Below, one piece after another: positions 30,633-40,828 of a DNA stretch of 64,000 bases. This DNA is from an uncultured delta proteobacterium. Lineage in GTDB: Bacteria; Desulfobacterota; Binatia; UBA9968. Below the pieces are notes generated by a model. It ran no database searches, was not told the origin of the DNA, and worked only from the letters and a program-made list of their open reading frames with translations. The translations under genes and the position numbers were made by a program. The DNA is taken from positions 32,001-96,000 of the forward strand of contig CAVXEP010000009.1 in NCBI GenBank assembly GCA_963760795.1, given 5' to 3'. The stretch's first letter is position 1, and each line of letters begins with the position of its first letter.

Positions 30633-31128
30633 TCACTTCCCTTGTTTCGATCCTCTGACTACGGCAACCGCTTCGACTTCCACCATTGCGCCTGGCGGGC
30701 GCAAGTTTTTCGCCTCGACGAAGGCGCTCGCCGGGCCCCAATCGCTGAACGCCTCGCGAGCGCTTTTTTCCAACACGTCGCGCAACGAGCTATCGGCGCC
30801 GTAGACCGTCAACGTCACGAAATGGGCCGGCGACAACGCCTACTCGCGAGGCCATGAGCCGCAGGTTCACCAGCGCTTGTCTTACTTGCCCGGTCAAATC
30901 CCCCGCGCCAACCAGGTCACCTTTCCTGTCCACGGGTCCGACCCTGGGAAACACGAACACGGTCTCCAGCGCGTTCCTGAACACTTGAACGTCGCCCGTC
31001 GGCGGCGCCGGTTCTTGCGCGAATGTCGACGCGGCATCGAGCATTAACAGCAAGCCGGCGGAGAGCCAAGCAGAAATTCTAACGCTTCGAATCATCGCTA
31101 AGAAAAATCGCACCGCCCCATGACTCAA
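30633..31128 (-). CDS. Rid family protein with signal peptide (third paralog); frameshift near 30840
   Basis: VGAGDLTGQVRQALVNL, VTLTVY, PASAFVEAKNL.PPGAMVEVEAVAV. Confidence 0.72.
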
Positions 31129-32170
31129 CGCCCTGGATAGAGCCGGGCAAAAAAACCTTCCTGTTCGAGTTCGCGCACCACGCTCGAGTCGGTCAGCGTT
31201 TCGGCTGATTTTCCTTTAAGGCCCGGCTTGGCTGCGAACTCTGCGATACCCAGCGCGACGTTATCGATTTTCGGATAAGGCTTTTCCGGGATCGCGTGCT
31301 GGACATAAGTCCGGTACATGAATTCTAGCAACCCCGAGTCGCTCACTTTCAAATAACGGGTGTAAATGCCATTCGCCGCCCCACGGTCGCGCCGCGCCAA
31401 GGCGATCGCTTCGCTGAGCGCCTGGGTAAATCGCTTCACAGCGTCCCGCGAGCCGGCGAATAATTTGCGCGTCACTGCGAAGTCGACACCGGCGCCGATG
31501 TAGAGTTTCAGACTGTCGTTGTCGGCGAGCACGCGAACCTTTTCGATCTCGCCGCGCCGTTCCAAATCGAAGATATTATCTTCATTGCTGGTGGTCGCGT
31601 CGATCTCGCCTTTGAGCAGCGCATTAACCCGCAGCACGCTGCGGCTGCCGAAGGGCACCAGGGTAACGTCTTTGTCAGCATCCAAGCCGAGACGGCGCAA
31701 GGTTTCGCGCGTGATGCGGTCTTGCGAGCTGCCTGCTTCGCCGGTGCCGACCGCTTGCCGCGCAGTTGCTCCGGCCGAGTGATCGATGGCTGCGATAACA
31801 GCTTGAGCACGCTGTAACCGGTGTTGGCGAAGAAAACCAAATCCGCGCCGTCACCGATGGCCGACACCATCCAGTTGGCGGTGGCGACATAAATATCCGC
31901 GGCATTAGTGCGCGCGCCGTCAGCGATCGCCTCGCCCGAGTTGGGCGTTTTGATTTCAACGTTCAAACCATATTTCGTGAAAAGCCCCGCGTCCTGGGCC
32001 AGCCACAGCGGCAACTTCGCCGGCCGGTCCGGATAGGAAAGCACGGTATGCCGCTGCTCGGCGCCTTCGAGCGCCGATGCCGCTAGGCTCATCAGCAGCG
32101 ACGCACACAACAAGACCGCAAATCCAATCCGAAAAGAATTGAGCCAATACTTAGCAGAGCGCCGCATCAC
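31125..32170 (-). CDS. ABC transporter substrate-binding protein (NMT1/THI5-like); frameshift near 31750
   Basis: LPLWLAQDAGLFTKYGLNVEI, EQLRGK, LGLDADKDVTLV, GEIDA. Confidence 0.8.
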
Positions 32171-32176
32171 TGTCCT

Positions 32177-33613
32177 TCATGACTCCGGCCGGTCTTCGAT
32201 GGGCCGCGGCATCGGATTCTTATAGTCCGCGTGAAACGACGTGTCGACCTTCTTGCCTTCGCTGAATACCATTTCGACATTTTGCGTGTCCGAAATATTC
32301 TTCAACGGATCGCCGCCGACAATGACCAGATCCGCCACCTTGCCGCGTTCGACGCTGCCAAAGTCTTTTTCCTTGCCCCACGCCTCGGCGACATTGAGCG
32401 CCGCGGTGCGAATCGCTTGCACCGGCGTCAATCCGGCTTCGACTAACATCTCCAGCTCGGCGTGCAGCGCGTACCCGGGCACGACGTGATTGGGATCGGA
32501 GCCTGAATGAATCTTACCGCCGGCGGCGGCAAACCTGCGCACGAACTCCTGCAGCATCTTGAAGCCGCCCACCACTTCCTGACGCTTTGCCGGCGCCATC
32601 TTCTCGTACTTGGCGAAGAAACTTTCGGTGTCTTTGAGAATGTACGGCGGCAAATATTTCAGCTGCGGATTTTTGAGCAAGGTCAACTCGCGTTTCTTCA
32701 TGCTCTCCGCGTAACTCGACAACGGCCGAAACCAAGTCGCCCAGGTGGTGCTCCAGTGGACGTTTTTGTCGATCATCACCTTGATGATCTTGTCGAACAT
32801 CGCCGGTTCCATGTGAGCGTGCACTTCGGCGGTGTCGATTTTGCCGAGCATGCGGCCGATATCGAGATCGTTTTTCTTTTTCGGATCTTGAATCGACGTG
32901 TAGACCACCGACCAGGAATGCTCCACCGACTGATAACCGTTGGCCGCCGCGGTGAAAATATCGAGGGAGTGGCCAAAGACCGGCCGGCCGAGTTTGTGCG
33001 CCTCGTCCGCCGCAGCCTTGGCGACATGGGGTTTGAGCCGCTCGAATAGTTTGATGCCATCGACGCCCTGAGCGACCAAGTCGCGCACCGCTTTGCGCGC
33101 CTCTTCCTCGCTGTCGACGATGATGCTGGTGCGCTGGCGCCGGAGCGTGCCGGTGCCTCCCGGCGGCGGCCCGTCGATGATGTTGGCCGACGCCCACACC
33201 CGCGGCCCGCGCACGCTGCCGTTCTTCACGCCCTCGCGCTGCGCGGTGATCCATTCCACTGGATTGTTGGAAATATTCGGGCAGGTGACCACACCATAGG
33301 CGAGATAAAGTTCGCCCATCCAATCGCGGTAGTGACAATGGCCGTCGATCAAGCCCGGCAAGCAGCGTCTTACCCTTGGCGTCGATCAGTTCGGCTCCTG
33401 CGGAATCGCCACGTCGCCGCGCTTGCCGACCGCGGCAAACTTGCCATCGCGAATGACGATGACCGAATCGGCAATCGCCGCGCGCCCCGTGCCGTCGATC
33501 AGCGTGCCGCCTTGGATGACGATCGGCCGGCTCGAGCCGACCATGGAACAGGCAGAGAAAAGCAGAGTTACCACCAGCAATAAGCAGCGAAACAAAGAGC
33601 CAGTCATAGCCAT
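32177..33613 (-). CDS. Amidohydrolase-family protein, probable lipoprotein; frameshift near 33370
   Basis: LLFSAC lipobox-like, GGTLIDGTG, PGLIDGHCH, GIK, GH, EH, GSD, GSVERGKVADLVI. Confidence 0.87.
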
Positions 33614-33712
33614 AAGTGTCGGTTCCTCCAGGTTTGATGTGAAGCGGTATTCACCGCGGATGCTCAGAGTTCGCATGGTTTCTGCGGTGCGATCTCCGAT
33701 CCTAGTTTTCTG

Positions 33713-35386
33713 CTACTTGAATGAAACCACCAGGTAGACGGCGTTGGACTCCGAAGCGGCAACGCCCGGATCGATCACGGTAATTTTATGCGTGCCGGCC
33801 GTCAGCGCCGGCACTTGCACTTCCAACTCCCTGCCGTTCAAGAATTTGCTGGCGGCTTTTTTGCCGTTCACCAGCACCTGATGCGACGGCCGAAAGTTGG
33901 CGCCGGCTAACTTCACCTGGCCGGCCGCGCCCTCAGTCAAAGCCGCGGGGGAAACTTGCGATAAACTTGTGATAAAACGGTCCGACATCGGCCGCGGAAT
34001 CGGGTTGCGGTAATTCGCATGGTACGAAGTGTCCACCGCTTTGCCGTCGGTGAACACTTTTTCAATATTCTGGGTCGCCGAAATGTCTCGGGTCACGTCG
34101 CCGCGCACGATCACCAGGTCGGCGACTTTGCCTTTCTCTACGCTGCCAAAGTCTTTATCTTTGCCCCAGGCTTGGGCGACGCTAAGGCTGGCCGATTGGA
34201 TCGCTACCAGCGGACTCAAGCCGGCGTCGATGGCGAGTTCTAACTCGGCATGAACGCCATACGCCGGCAAGAGCGTGCCCGGATCCGATCCGGAATGGAT
34301 CTTGCCGCCGGCGGCGACGTAGCGGCGGGCAAAGTCCTGGACCATTTTGTAAGCCGTTTCCAACGGCGCGCGCCGTTCCGGCGTCATCTTTTCGAAGCCG
34401 GCGAAGTAGCTCTCGACCGCCTCCAGATTGTACGCCGGCAAATAGGCTAGGTTGGGAATCTTCAAGGTCGCCAATTCGCGCTTCTTCATCTCCGCCGCGC
34501 GCGGCGACAGCGCGCGAAACTGCGTCGCCCACGCCGGGCTCCAGTGAATATCCTTGGCGATCATCGCTTTGATAATCTCGTCGAACTGCTCCGGCACCAT
34601 GTTGACATGGGCTTCCACGGTGCCGACCTTGCCGACCATGCGGTTCATGTCGACCTCGGCGCGCTTCTTCGGGTCCTTGATGGTCGTGAACATCACTGCC
34701 CAGGTATGCTCGATGGAAGTGTAGCCGGCGTCGATGGTCTCCCACATATTGACCGAGTGGCCGATCACCGGCTTGCCCAGCTTGCGCGCCTCGTCGGCGA
34801 TCGCCTTGGCGACTTCCGGTGACACCCGTTCGAGCACTTTGAAACCGTCCATGCCCTTCGCGACATGATCGCGCACCGCCTGGCGCGCCTCTTCGTCAGT
34901 GCGCACGATGATACTGCCGCGCTGCCAGCGCTGCTCCGGCATGCCCTGCGGCCGCGGCCCATCGAGCGCATGGCCGGAGATCCACAAACGCGGTCCGCGA
35001 ATCTTGCCTTTCTGAATGCCCTCCTTCTGGGAAATGATCCATTCCGTCGGACTGTTATTGATATCGGGGCAAGTGGTCACGCCGTAGGCGAGATAAAGCT
35101 CGCCGAGCCACTCCCAATAATGGCAGTGGCCGTCGATCAGCCCCGGCAAAATCGTCTTGCCCTTGGCGTCGATCACCTGCGCGCCGCGCGGAATCGTCAC
35201 CTCGCTGCGCTTGCCGACCTCTTGAATGCGCCCGCCGGAGAAGACAACGACGGCGTCCTCCACCGGCGGCCTCCCGGTGCCGTCGATCAACATCCCGCCG
35301 ACAACGGCGACGGGCCGCGTCTGCGCAGCCAGGTCGGTCCGAACGTCAATCAAAAGCACAGCCACAAGCATCAACCATTGCCACAT
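33713..35386 (-). CDS. Exported amidohydrolase with a C-terminal IPT/TIG-like Ig domain
   Basis: Signal peptide, PGLIDGHCH, GSD, GKVADLV; C-terminal ITSLSQVSP..VKLAGANF..ITVIDPG..SN beta-sandwich pattern. Confidence 0.87.
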   Translation of the reverse strand: MWQWLMLVAVLLIDVRTDLAAQTRPVAVVGGMLIDGTGRPPVEDAVVVFSGGRIQEVGKRSEVTIPRGAQVIDAKGKTILPGLIDGHCHYWEWLGELYLAYGVTTCPDINNSPTEWIISQKEGIQKGKIRGPRLWISGHALDGPRPQGMPEQRWQRGSIIVRTDEEARQAVRDHVAKGMDGFKVLERVSPEVAKAIADEARKLGKPVIGHSVNMWETIDAGYTSIEHTWAVMFTTIKDPKKRAEVDMNRMVGKVGTVEAHVNMVPEQFDEIIKAMIAKDIHWSPAWATQFRALSPRAAEMKKRELATLKIPNLAYLPAYNLEAVESYFAGFEKMTPERRAPLETAYKMVQDFARRYVAAGGKIHSGSDPGTLLPAYGVHAELELAIDAGLSPLVAIQSASLSVAQAWGKDKDFGSVEKGKVADLVIVRGDVTRDISATQNIEKVFTDGKAVDTSYHANYRNPIPRPMSDRFITSLSQVSPAALTEGAAGQVKLAGANFRPSHQVLVNGKKAASKFLNGRELEVQVPALTAGTHKITVIDPGVAASESNAVYLVVSFK

Positions 35387-35431
35387 AGGACAACTCCTAA
35401 AACGGTTTGAACCTCTTCAGCAATCCGACAA

Positions 35432-36418
35432 TCATTTGTACAACTGATCGATAAAGCCGCTCTGGTCGAGCTGGCGCAAGAACGTCAGATTGAAAAGCTC
35501 CTCGATTTTCAATTTTTTCACCGCCGGTTCGCGCGCGCCCATAATATCGAGGGTCGCTTTGACAGCGTTCATATCGGGATAGGGCTTTCGGCCCATCTGA
35601 TGCTGCGGGTGGTTCTTGTACGCGAGCTCGATCATATCGCGGTCTTTGGTGCGTAACAGATCGGCGAAATATTGGCTGCTGCGCTCTTTTTCGCTCAGGA
35701 AGAAGCGCACGCCTTCGAGATAGCCGCGCATATATCGCTGCATCACGTCCGACTTCTTCGCGACGATCGCGGGCGTGGTGACGATGGTGCTGCCGAAAAA
35801 CGGCAGTGTCGGCATATCGAGCACGCGAAACCCGCTGCGTTTGGCAAAGGCGGATTCCGCGGAGGCAAAAACCGTCGCGTCGATGACGCCCTTTTCCATT
35901 GCGACGAAGCGGGCCTGGCCGACCTGGACGATGGCGATGTCTTTGTCCGCGTCCAATCCGAGCTTTTGAAACAGGTAGCGCACCATCAGTTCGGAGATAC
36001 CGCCGAAGCGGATGATGCCGACCTTTTTGCCTTTAAGCTGCTTGATGTCTTTGATCTCGGGCCGCGTCACCACGTCGTATTCGAGGGTATTCGATTGGGA
36101 AAGCAGGAAAGTCAGCTTGACGCCATGAGCCATCGCCTGCAACGCCGCCACCGGCGCGCGCATGTCCAGGTCGACGTCGTTATTGAGCAGCGCACTGATC
36201 GACGCCGGCCCGCCGGTGATAAGAATCAACTCGACGTCGAGTCCCTGTTTCTCGAACAGCCCGGCGCGCTGGGCGATATAGGTAATCCCAGCGGTGTTGC
36301 CGGTGACGGAGGCATAGGAAATGCGCAGCTTCTCAGCGGCGGCGACACTCGACGGCAACAGCAGCGCCAATGAGAGCGTGAGGAAGTTTTTTAGGCTGCG
36401 CTTGACCGACATCGGCAT
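35432..36418 (-). CDS. ABC transporter substrate-binding protein (NMT1/THI5-like)
   Basis: Signal peptide, KLRISY, GLFEKQGLDVELI, LKGKKVGIIRFG. Confidence 0.88.
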   Translation of the reverse strand: MPMSVKRSLKNFLTLSLALLLPSSVAAAEKLRISYASVTGNTAGITYIAQRAGLFEKQGLDVELILITGGPASISALLNNDVDLDMRAPVAALQAMAHGVKLTFLLSQSNTLEYDVVTRPEIKDIKQLKGKKVGIIRFGGISELMVRYLFQKLGLDADKDIAIVQVGQARFVAMEKGVIDATVFASAESAFAKRSGFRVLDMPTLPFFGSTIVTTPAIVAKKSDVMQRYMRGYLEGVRFFLSEKERSSQYFADLLRTKDRDMIELAYKNHPQHQMGRKPYPDMNAVKATLDIMGAREPAVKKLKIEELFNLTFLRQLDQSGFIDQLYK

Positions 36419-36471
36419 TTCATTGCTCCGTTAAACTCTCACACGGTAACCAATCCCAACCAGAGAATAGG

Positions 36472-36861
36472 TCAGACACCAAGCTGAATTCTGCTGCCGA
36501 AGATACGCCGGATCGGAAAGGATTCAAGGTCTATGTCTTCCAAACACCTTACGTTAACGGCCCAACCGTCAAAGGGCGCTACTCCTTCTTTCAATTCTTG
36601 TGGCGTCGGATCGCTCGGTCGTCGGAAAGGCAGGATGCCGCATGTTGGGCAAAAGTAGTCCACCGCCGTTCGAGATCCCCATTGATAGCGGACCAGGTCT
36701 TCCCATGGAGTCAGCAGTCGAAGACTTTCTCTTGCAACGCGATAAATCAGCGCACCTCTGCGAACACAGACCGAGCAGTCGCAGACTCGAACATGATCGA
36801 TCTCCGCGTCGACTTCGAACTTGACCTTGCCGCAATGACAGCTCCCGCGGTAGGTTTTCAT
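36472..36861 (-). CDS. GFA / CENP-V family Zn-binding protein
   Basis: YRGSCHCG, CDCSVC, FCPTCG, VNVRCL. Confidence 0.9.
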   Translation of the reverse strand: MKTYRGSCHCGKVKFEVDAEIDHVRVCDCSVCVRRGALIYRVARESLRLLTPWEDLVRYQWGSRTAVDYFCPTCGILPFRRPSDPTPQELKEGVAPFDGWAVNVRCLEDIDLESFPIRRIFGSRIQLGV

Positions 36862-37404
36862 AGCGCTTAATTAATACACACACAGGCTTTTGTCGATGTT
36901 AATTTCTGCTGAGGTCACGCCGCGAGAATAAGTCGATTGGTACGAGTAGTTGAGAAGTCCGTTTGTAGCACAGGAATCAATTCGGCCCATTGTCTCCATT
37001 CTAGAGGGCCAGCGCTTAGAGGGGGTCTGAGATTGGGTTCTGCGTTCGATGCCGCTGGCAGCTGACCTGGAGGAAGACGAGAGCGCCAAGGTGAAGAGTT
37101 AATCTCAAACAATCAATGCCAGATACTGATTGTTGACCGATGTTTGGACCAGAAATCCATTGCTGAGTTTTATCGCAAGGCCGCACAGGTTCACTTCGAC
37201 TCCACTACGCCACCTCCAAACCATTTCGGTTCTATTTCTCCTACTGTGGTAACCACTTGTTTGCTAAACCGATTTTCGGTAGGTGCGTTCATTGGGACGC
37301 CGTCGCAGAGGCAAACCGATTGTCGCACTAGCCGTTTCGCGCCGGGTTGGCAAGCCTCGTAACGTGCCTTCTCCAGCGACCCTAGGTTATGGTATTATCC
37401 GGCT

Positions 37405-37629
37405 ATGGATTATCAGAGAATCATAACCATTGAGCCTGATAAACGAAGCGGCAAGCCCTGCATTCGCGGCACGAGAATGACGGTTACCGACGTATTGGAA
37501 TACCTTGCAGGAGGCATGACGCAGGAGGAATTACTGGGGGAATTCCCCGATCTTACCGTTGAAGATATCCGTGCCTGCTTCGCGTTCGCTGCCGACCGCG
37601 AGCGCAAGCTCGCAACTCTTCCGGGATGA
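37405..37629 (+). CDS. DUF433 family antitoxin
   Basis: ITIEP..RSGKPCIRGTRMTV.DVL..LA.GMT.EE.L.EFP.LT.EDI.AC..FA. Confidence 0.9.
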   Translation: MDYQRIITIEPDKRSGKPCIRGTRMTVTDVLEYLAGGMTQEELLGEFPDLTVEDIRACFAFAADRERKLATLPG

Positions 37630-37958
37630 AGCTCCTTTTCGACCAGAATCTCTCGCCTCGTTTTCCTCGAACTCTAGCTGACATTTATCCTGACAGCCTT
37701 CACGTTCGGGAAATCGGCATGCGCGAAGCAACCGACACGGCAATCTGGGAATATGCGAAATCAAATGAATTCACGATTGTGTCGAAAGACTCTGACTTTC
37801 AGGCGCGCAGCTTACTGTACGGTAGCCCGCCAAAGTTCATCTGGCTGCGTGTAGGGAACTGTCCGGTCAAGCTCATCGAAGATTTGCTACGAAACCATTC
37901 CATAGCAATCCATACCTTTGCTCAAAACGAACGGGAGGCTCATTTGATGTTACCGTGA
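37626..37958 (+). CDS. DUF5615 PIN-like toxin (VapC45-type)
   Basis: MKLLFDQNLS, D..IWEYA, IVSKDSDF, PPKFIWLRVGN; ATGA overlap with DUF433. Confidence 0.9.
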   Translation: MKLLFDQNLSPRFPRTLADIYPDSLHVREIGMREATDTAIWEYAKSNEFTIVSKDSDFQARSLLYGSPPKFIWLRVGNCPVKLIEDLLRNHSIAIHTFAQNEREAHLMLP

Positions 37959-38174
37959 AGAGTCCATTTTGAAAGGCATCGGTGCTTTGAGAGACCTTCA
38001 AGCGAACTGACGAGAATGATTCACTTCCGCATTTCGAACCCTGTTAGCTGTCCATCGTCATGGATGGGGTCAACGCTTAAGTAAATAATAAAGCTGTGAC
38101 TCGCATTTCTGCTCCTGCTCGGTTGATATGAGTCAAGTATGGAATACAGCACGTCACTCCCGGGTATCGACTTG

Positions 38175-38825
38175 CTACCGTATCGGTCCTGCTGCAGCGG
38201 ATGGTTGGAGGTGATTCAACTTCAGCTCGGCATGAGCTTCGCGCGCCACAAGTAACGCCGAGCGTAAGAAAATGGCGCAGATAAACGCGCCGACCACGAT
38301 GTCCGGCCAAGGGGAAAGCGTGATCCGCACGGCCAATGCCGCTAACAATACCGCGGAGTTCGCGATGAGATCATTTCGAGAGCAGAGCCACACCGACCGC
38401 ATGTTGATGTCCTCCGCACGGTGGCGCCAGAGCAAGGCAAAGCAGACGCCGTTCGCGGCCAGCGCAAGAGCGCCTATCGCACCCATTGTCTCTACCACCG
38501 GGAGCTGAGGGAAAAGCAGCTTGTACGCGAGCTGCCCAAAGACGAAAAGACCAAACAGCCCCATCACCGCTGCCTTGGCAAGAGAGGCGCGCGCTTTCCA
38601 TACGGGACCGCGCGCGACGACGTAAAGACTAAAGCCATAAACAAGCGCGTCGCCGAGCATGTCGAGGGAGTCCGCTAGCAGGGCCACGGACCCAGCGAGC
38701 AAGCCCGCCACAAGTTCGACGACAAACATCGCAGCGTTCACGAGCAAAACGAGGCGAAGTGTCGCCGTTTGCCGCCCGCGCAGCCCGTCGATAGCGCAAC
38801 TCTTATCGCTACAGCAATCGTCCAT
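38175..38825 (-). CDS. Short cation-diffusion-facilitator (Co/Zn/Cd efflux) membrane protein
   Basis: MDDCC, NAAMFVVE, SVALLADSLDMLGD, NMRSVWLCSRND, WPD. Confidence 0.88.
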   Translation of the reverse strand: MDDCCSDKSCAIDGLRGRQTATLRLVLLVNAAMFVVELVAGLLAGSVALLADSLDMLGDALVYGFSLYVVARGPVWKARASLAKAAVMGLFGLFVFGQLAYKLLFPQLPVVETMGAIGALALAANGVCFALLWRHRAEDINMRSVWLCSRNDLIANSAVLLAALAVRITLSPWPDIVVGAFICAIFLRSALLVAREAHAELKLNHLQPSAAAGPIR

Positions 38826-39195
38826 AATCCAAACATCTAACTACCAATAATATAGACCGACGTTCGCCGATATCAATCGCCACTGGCCAGACAAAGGCCG
38901 TTGTTACAGGAAGAAGTAAAATCCTTCTGTTGGTGTTGAGGGTCAATCATCGCGCGGTACTGACCCGTAGCGCTATGATTCATGCCGGCAAGCGGTTGAA
39001 GGTACTCTGATTGAAGAAGACTGCGGCAACCGGGGGGAAACGCAAATATCAAACAATAAATGCATGACTTTGATACCTTGACCTGAAGTCTGCGCATTGG
39101 CCGGCCGGGGGATTGATGGGCGTTACTTCGACGGCGGCTTCAACTAGTCGCAGAATTGCTATGAGGTCAAAGTCTGACTCGAACGCCTACCTGAC

Positions 39196-40170
39196 TTAAT
39201 GCCTACCTGTATCAATATTTGAATCTATCCGCTGAGCAATTCTTTGGGCCAGAAACGATACCCTCCCATTTTGCGTTGTAATTGTTCGGGTGCTTGCCTC
39301 GATCCGATAGTACCGATTCTTAGTGATGAACGGTTGAACCCAAGGATCGTCGTCACGATAAAAGACAACATCCTCAGCACATCGGACAATCAAACGATTG
39401 ATTTTCATGATCTCTTGGTGGTTTACCTTACGGCAACTGCTGCTGAAATTTTTGAAAGAGAAATCCGTCCGCTGCCTGTCGAACGTGCGGTCGGGCACGA
39501 TTCGTACAGCAAGGTTAGGTGCAAGAGGGATTATTCTATTCAACGTGCGCGGGTCAGTGGTATCCTCGATGGCCACGGGGAAGTCGCTCGTGAAAAACGG
39601 GCTGCTGTTAAATTCATTTTGCAAAACTTCCCACTTAAAATTTCCAAAACTTGCTGTCATACCCAGTATGTTACCGATCCCGATCGCCTGCGGAAATTTC
39701 GGATCAATCACTACCTGAACGTTCCCACTTTGCAGAAGATCAGTAAGACTTTTACCACCTAAGGCGGGTGGCGGTGGCGGGATTTCGCCCTTCGCATCAA
39801 GTTCGAACGCTAAATTCTCCAGCCGTTTCTTAAGCGGCTCGGAATTAATGCGCATGCCTCCTGGTGAACAGGTGTTTACGAAGGCAATAAAACCCGCAAT
39901 CGTGTAAATGCATTCTGTGTTAATCTTCCTTGTCTTGAGCATTTCCAACGCGGCATCGTATTTTGGTTCTATAACTTTCAGAAATTCCTCAATCGCCCGA
40001 TCATTTTGCAAGTAGGCATTCGTGCTGCCGTCATTGATTCCGCAGACAACCTTTGAACTTGGCGTAAAAGACTTTAAGTCACTCTTCCGCATGGCATACA
40101 TGCGATCACCGAGAACGGGTGAATAGAACTTTCTAAGATGCACTTGGGAGACGTAATGATCCAGCGGCAT
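39196..40170 (-). CDS. DUF4238 domain protein
   Basis: N-terminal HYVSQVHLRKF, IEEFLKVIE, FFTSDFPV, IPLAP..A; lower GC than flanks. Confidence 0.75.
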   Translation of the reverse strand: MPLDHYVSQVHLRKFYSPVLGDRMYAMRKSDLKSFTPSSKVVCGINDGSTNAYLQNDRAIEEFLKVIEPKYDAALEMLKTRKINTECIYTIAGFIAFVNTCSPGGMRINSEPLKKRLENLAFELDAKGEIPPPPPALGGKSLTDLLQSGNVQVVIDPKFPQAIGIGNILGMTASFGNFKWEVLQNEFNSSPFFTSDFPVAIEDTTDPRTLNRIIPLAPNLAVRIVPDRTFDRQRTDFSFKNFSSSCRKVNHQEIMKINRLIVRCAEDVVFYRDDDPWVQPFITKNRYYRIEASTRTITTQNGRVSFLAQRIAQRIDSNIDTGRH

Positions 40171-40397
40171 TACTGATTATTTAAGTCAAGAAATCCTGAA
40201 CATCCATTGATGAATCCAGAAGGCGAATGTGATTTCCGTCAACCACGACTTACCCAGGCCGGTGTCTACATCAAATTTATTGGGTTTTCACGGCCCTCGA
40301 TGACACGCATTTACTTGCTAATCAGAGCACCAGAATAATGTATGTATGGTCTCATGAAAGCCAATTTATCTTCGAATGCGTATGCAAAAAACAGTCG

Positions 40398-40673
40398 CTA
40401 TTCTGGCAGCGACTTACTCCGCGCCTTCACCCGCTGATTGAGCGACTGCAAAACTCCCGCGTCCACCGCCGAGATCACATCCACCGCTGCGTCTAGTTCT
40501 TCTTCGGTCATCCCCGCTTTCCTTGCGTCCGCAAGGCGCCGATCCACTCACGGATCGCACAGCCGCATCATCGCCACGGCGAGCCCCATGAGCATCTTCT
40601 CGCGCTCGCTCAGACACTCGACGGCATGGGCGTCGCGATAGAAAGTTCGAAAATCTGCTTTGTTGGTTGCCAT
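40398..40673 (-). CDS. Carboxymuconolactone decarboxylase / AhpD-like selenoprotein (CxxU), 91 aa, absent from the ORF track
   Basis: MATNKADFRTFYRDAHAVECLSEREKMLMGLAVAMMRLCDP-TGA-VDRRLADARKAGMTEEELDAAVDVISAVDAG..PE*; CMD-like sequence on both sides of the in-frame TGA (40548..40550). Confidence 0.82.
40521..40536 (-). promoter_or_regulatory. Bacterial SECIS-like hairpin
   Basis: CCTTGC-GGAC-GCAAGG: perfect 6-bp stem with a G-starting loop, beginning 11 nt after the UGA. Confidence 0.72.
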
Positions 40674-40828
40674 CGATTAGTTCCTTCCGGGATAAATACT
40701 CCGGTGAGTCCTAACTCACCAACATCCTTGCGTGTTAGAAATTAATACACTCCCCGTGACCTTGACGGGGCGGCGTTTACAGCCAGTCCTCGCGTTCCAC
40801 GCCGAAGCTCGTCGTGGAGCACCCTCGT

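Noticed and set aside
37290-37360. GGCAAACC / GGGACGC words reminiscent of a c-di-GMP-I riboswitch
   Set aside because: The elements are in the wrong order and no GNRA-capped P2 stem could be built.
40708-40740. CTAAC...GTTAG inverted pair as an intact attC site
   Set aside because: Only about 33 bp, too short, with no L boxes and imperfect RYYYAAC/GTTRRRY.
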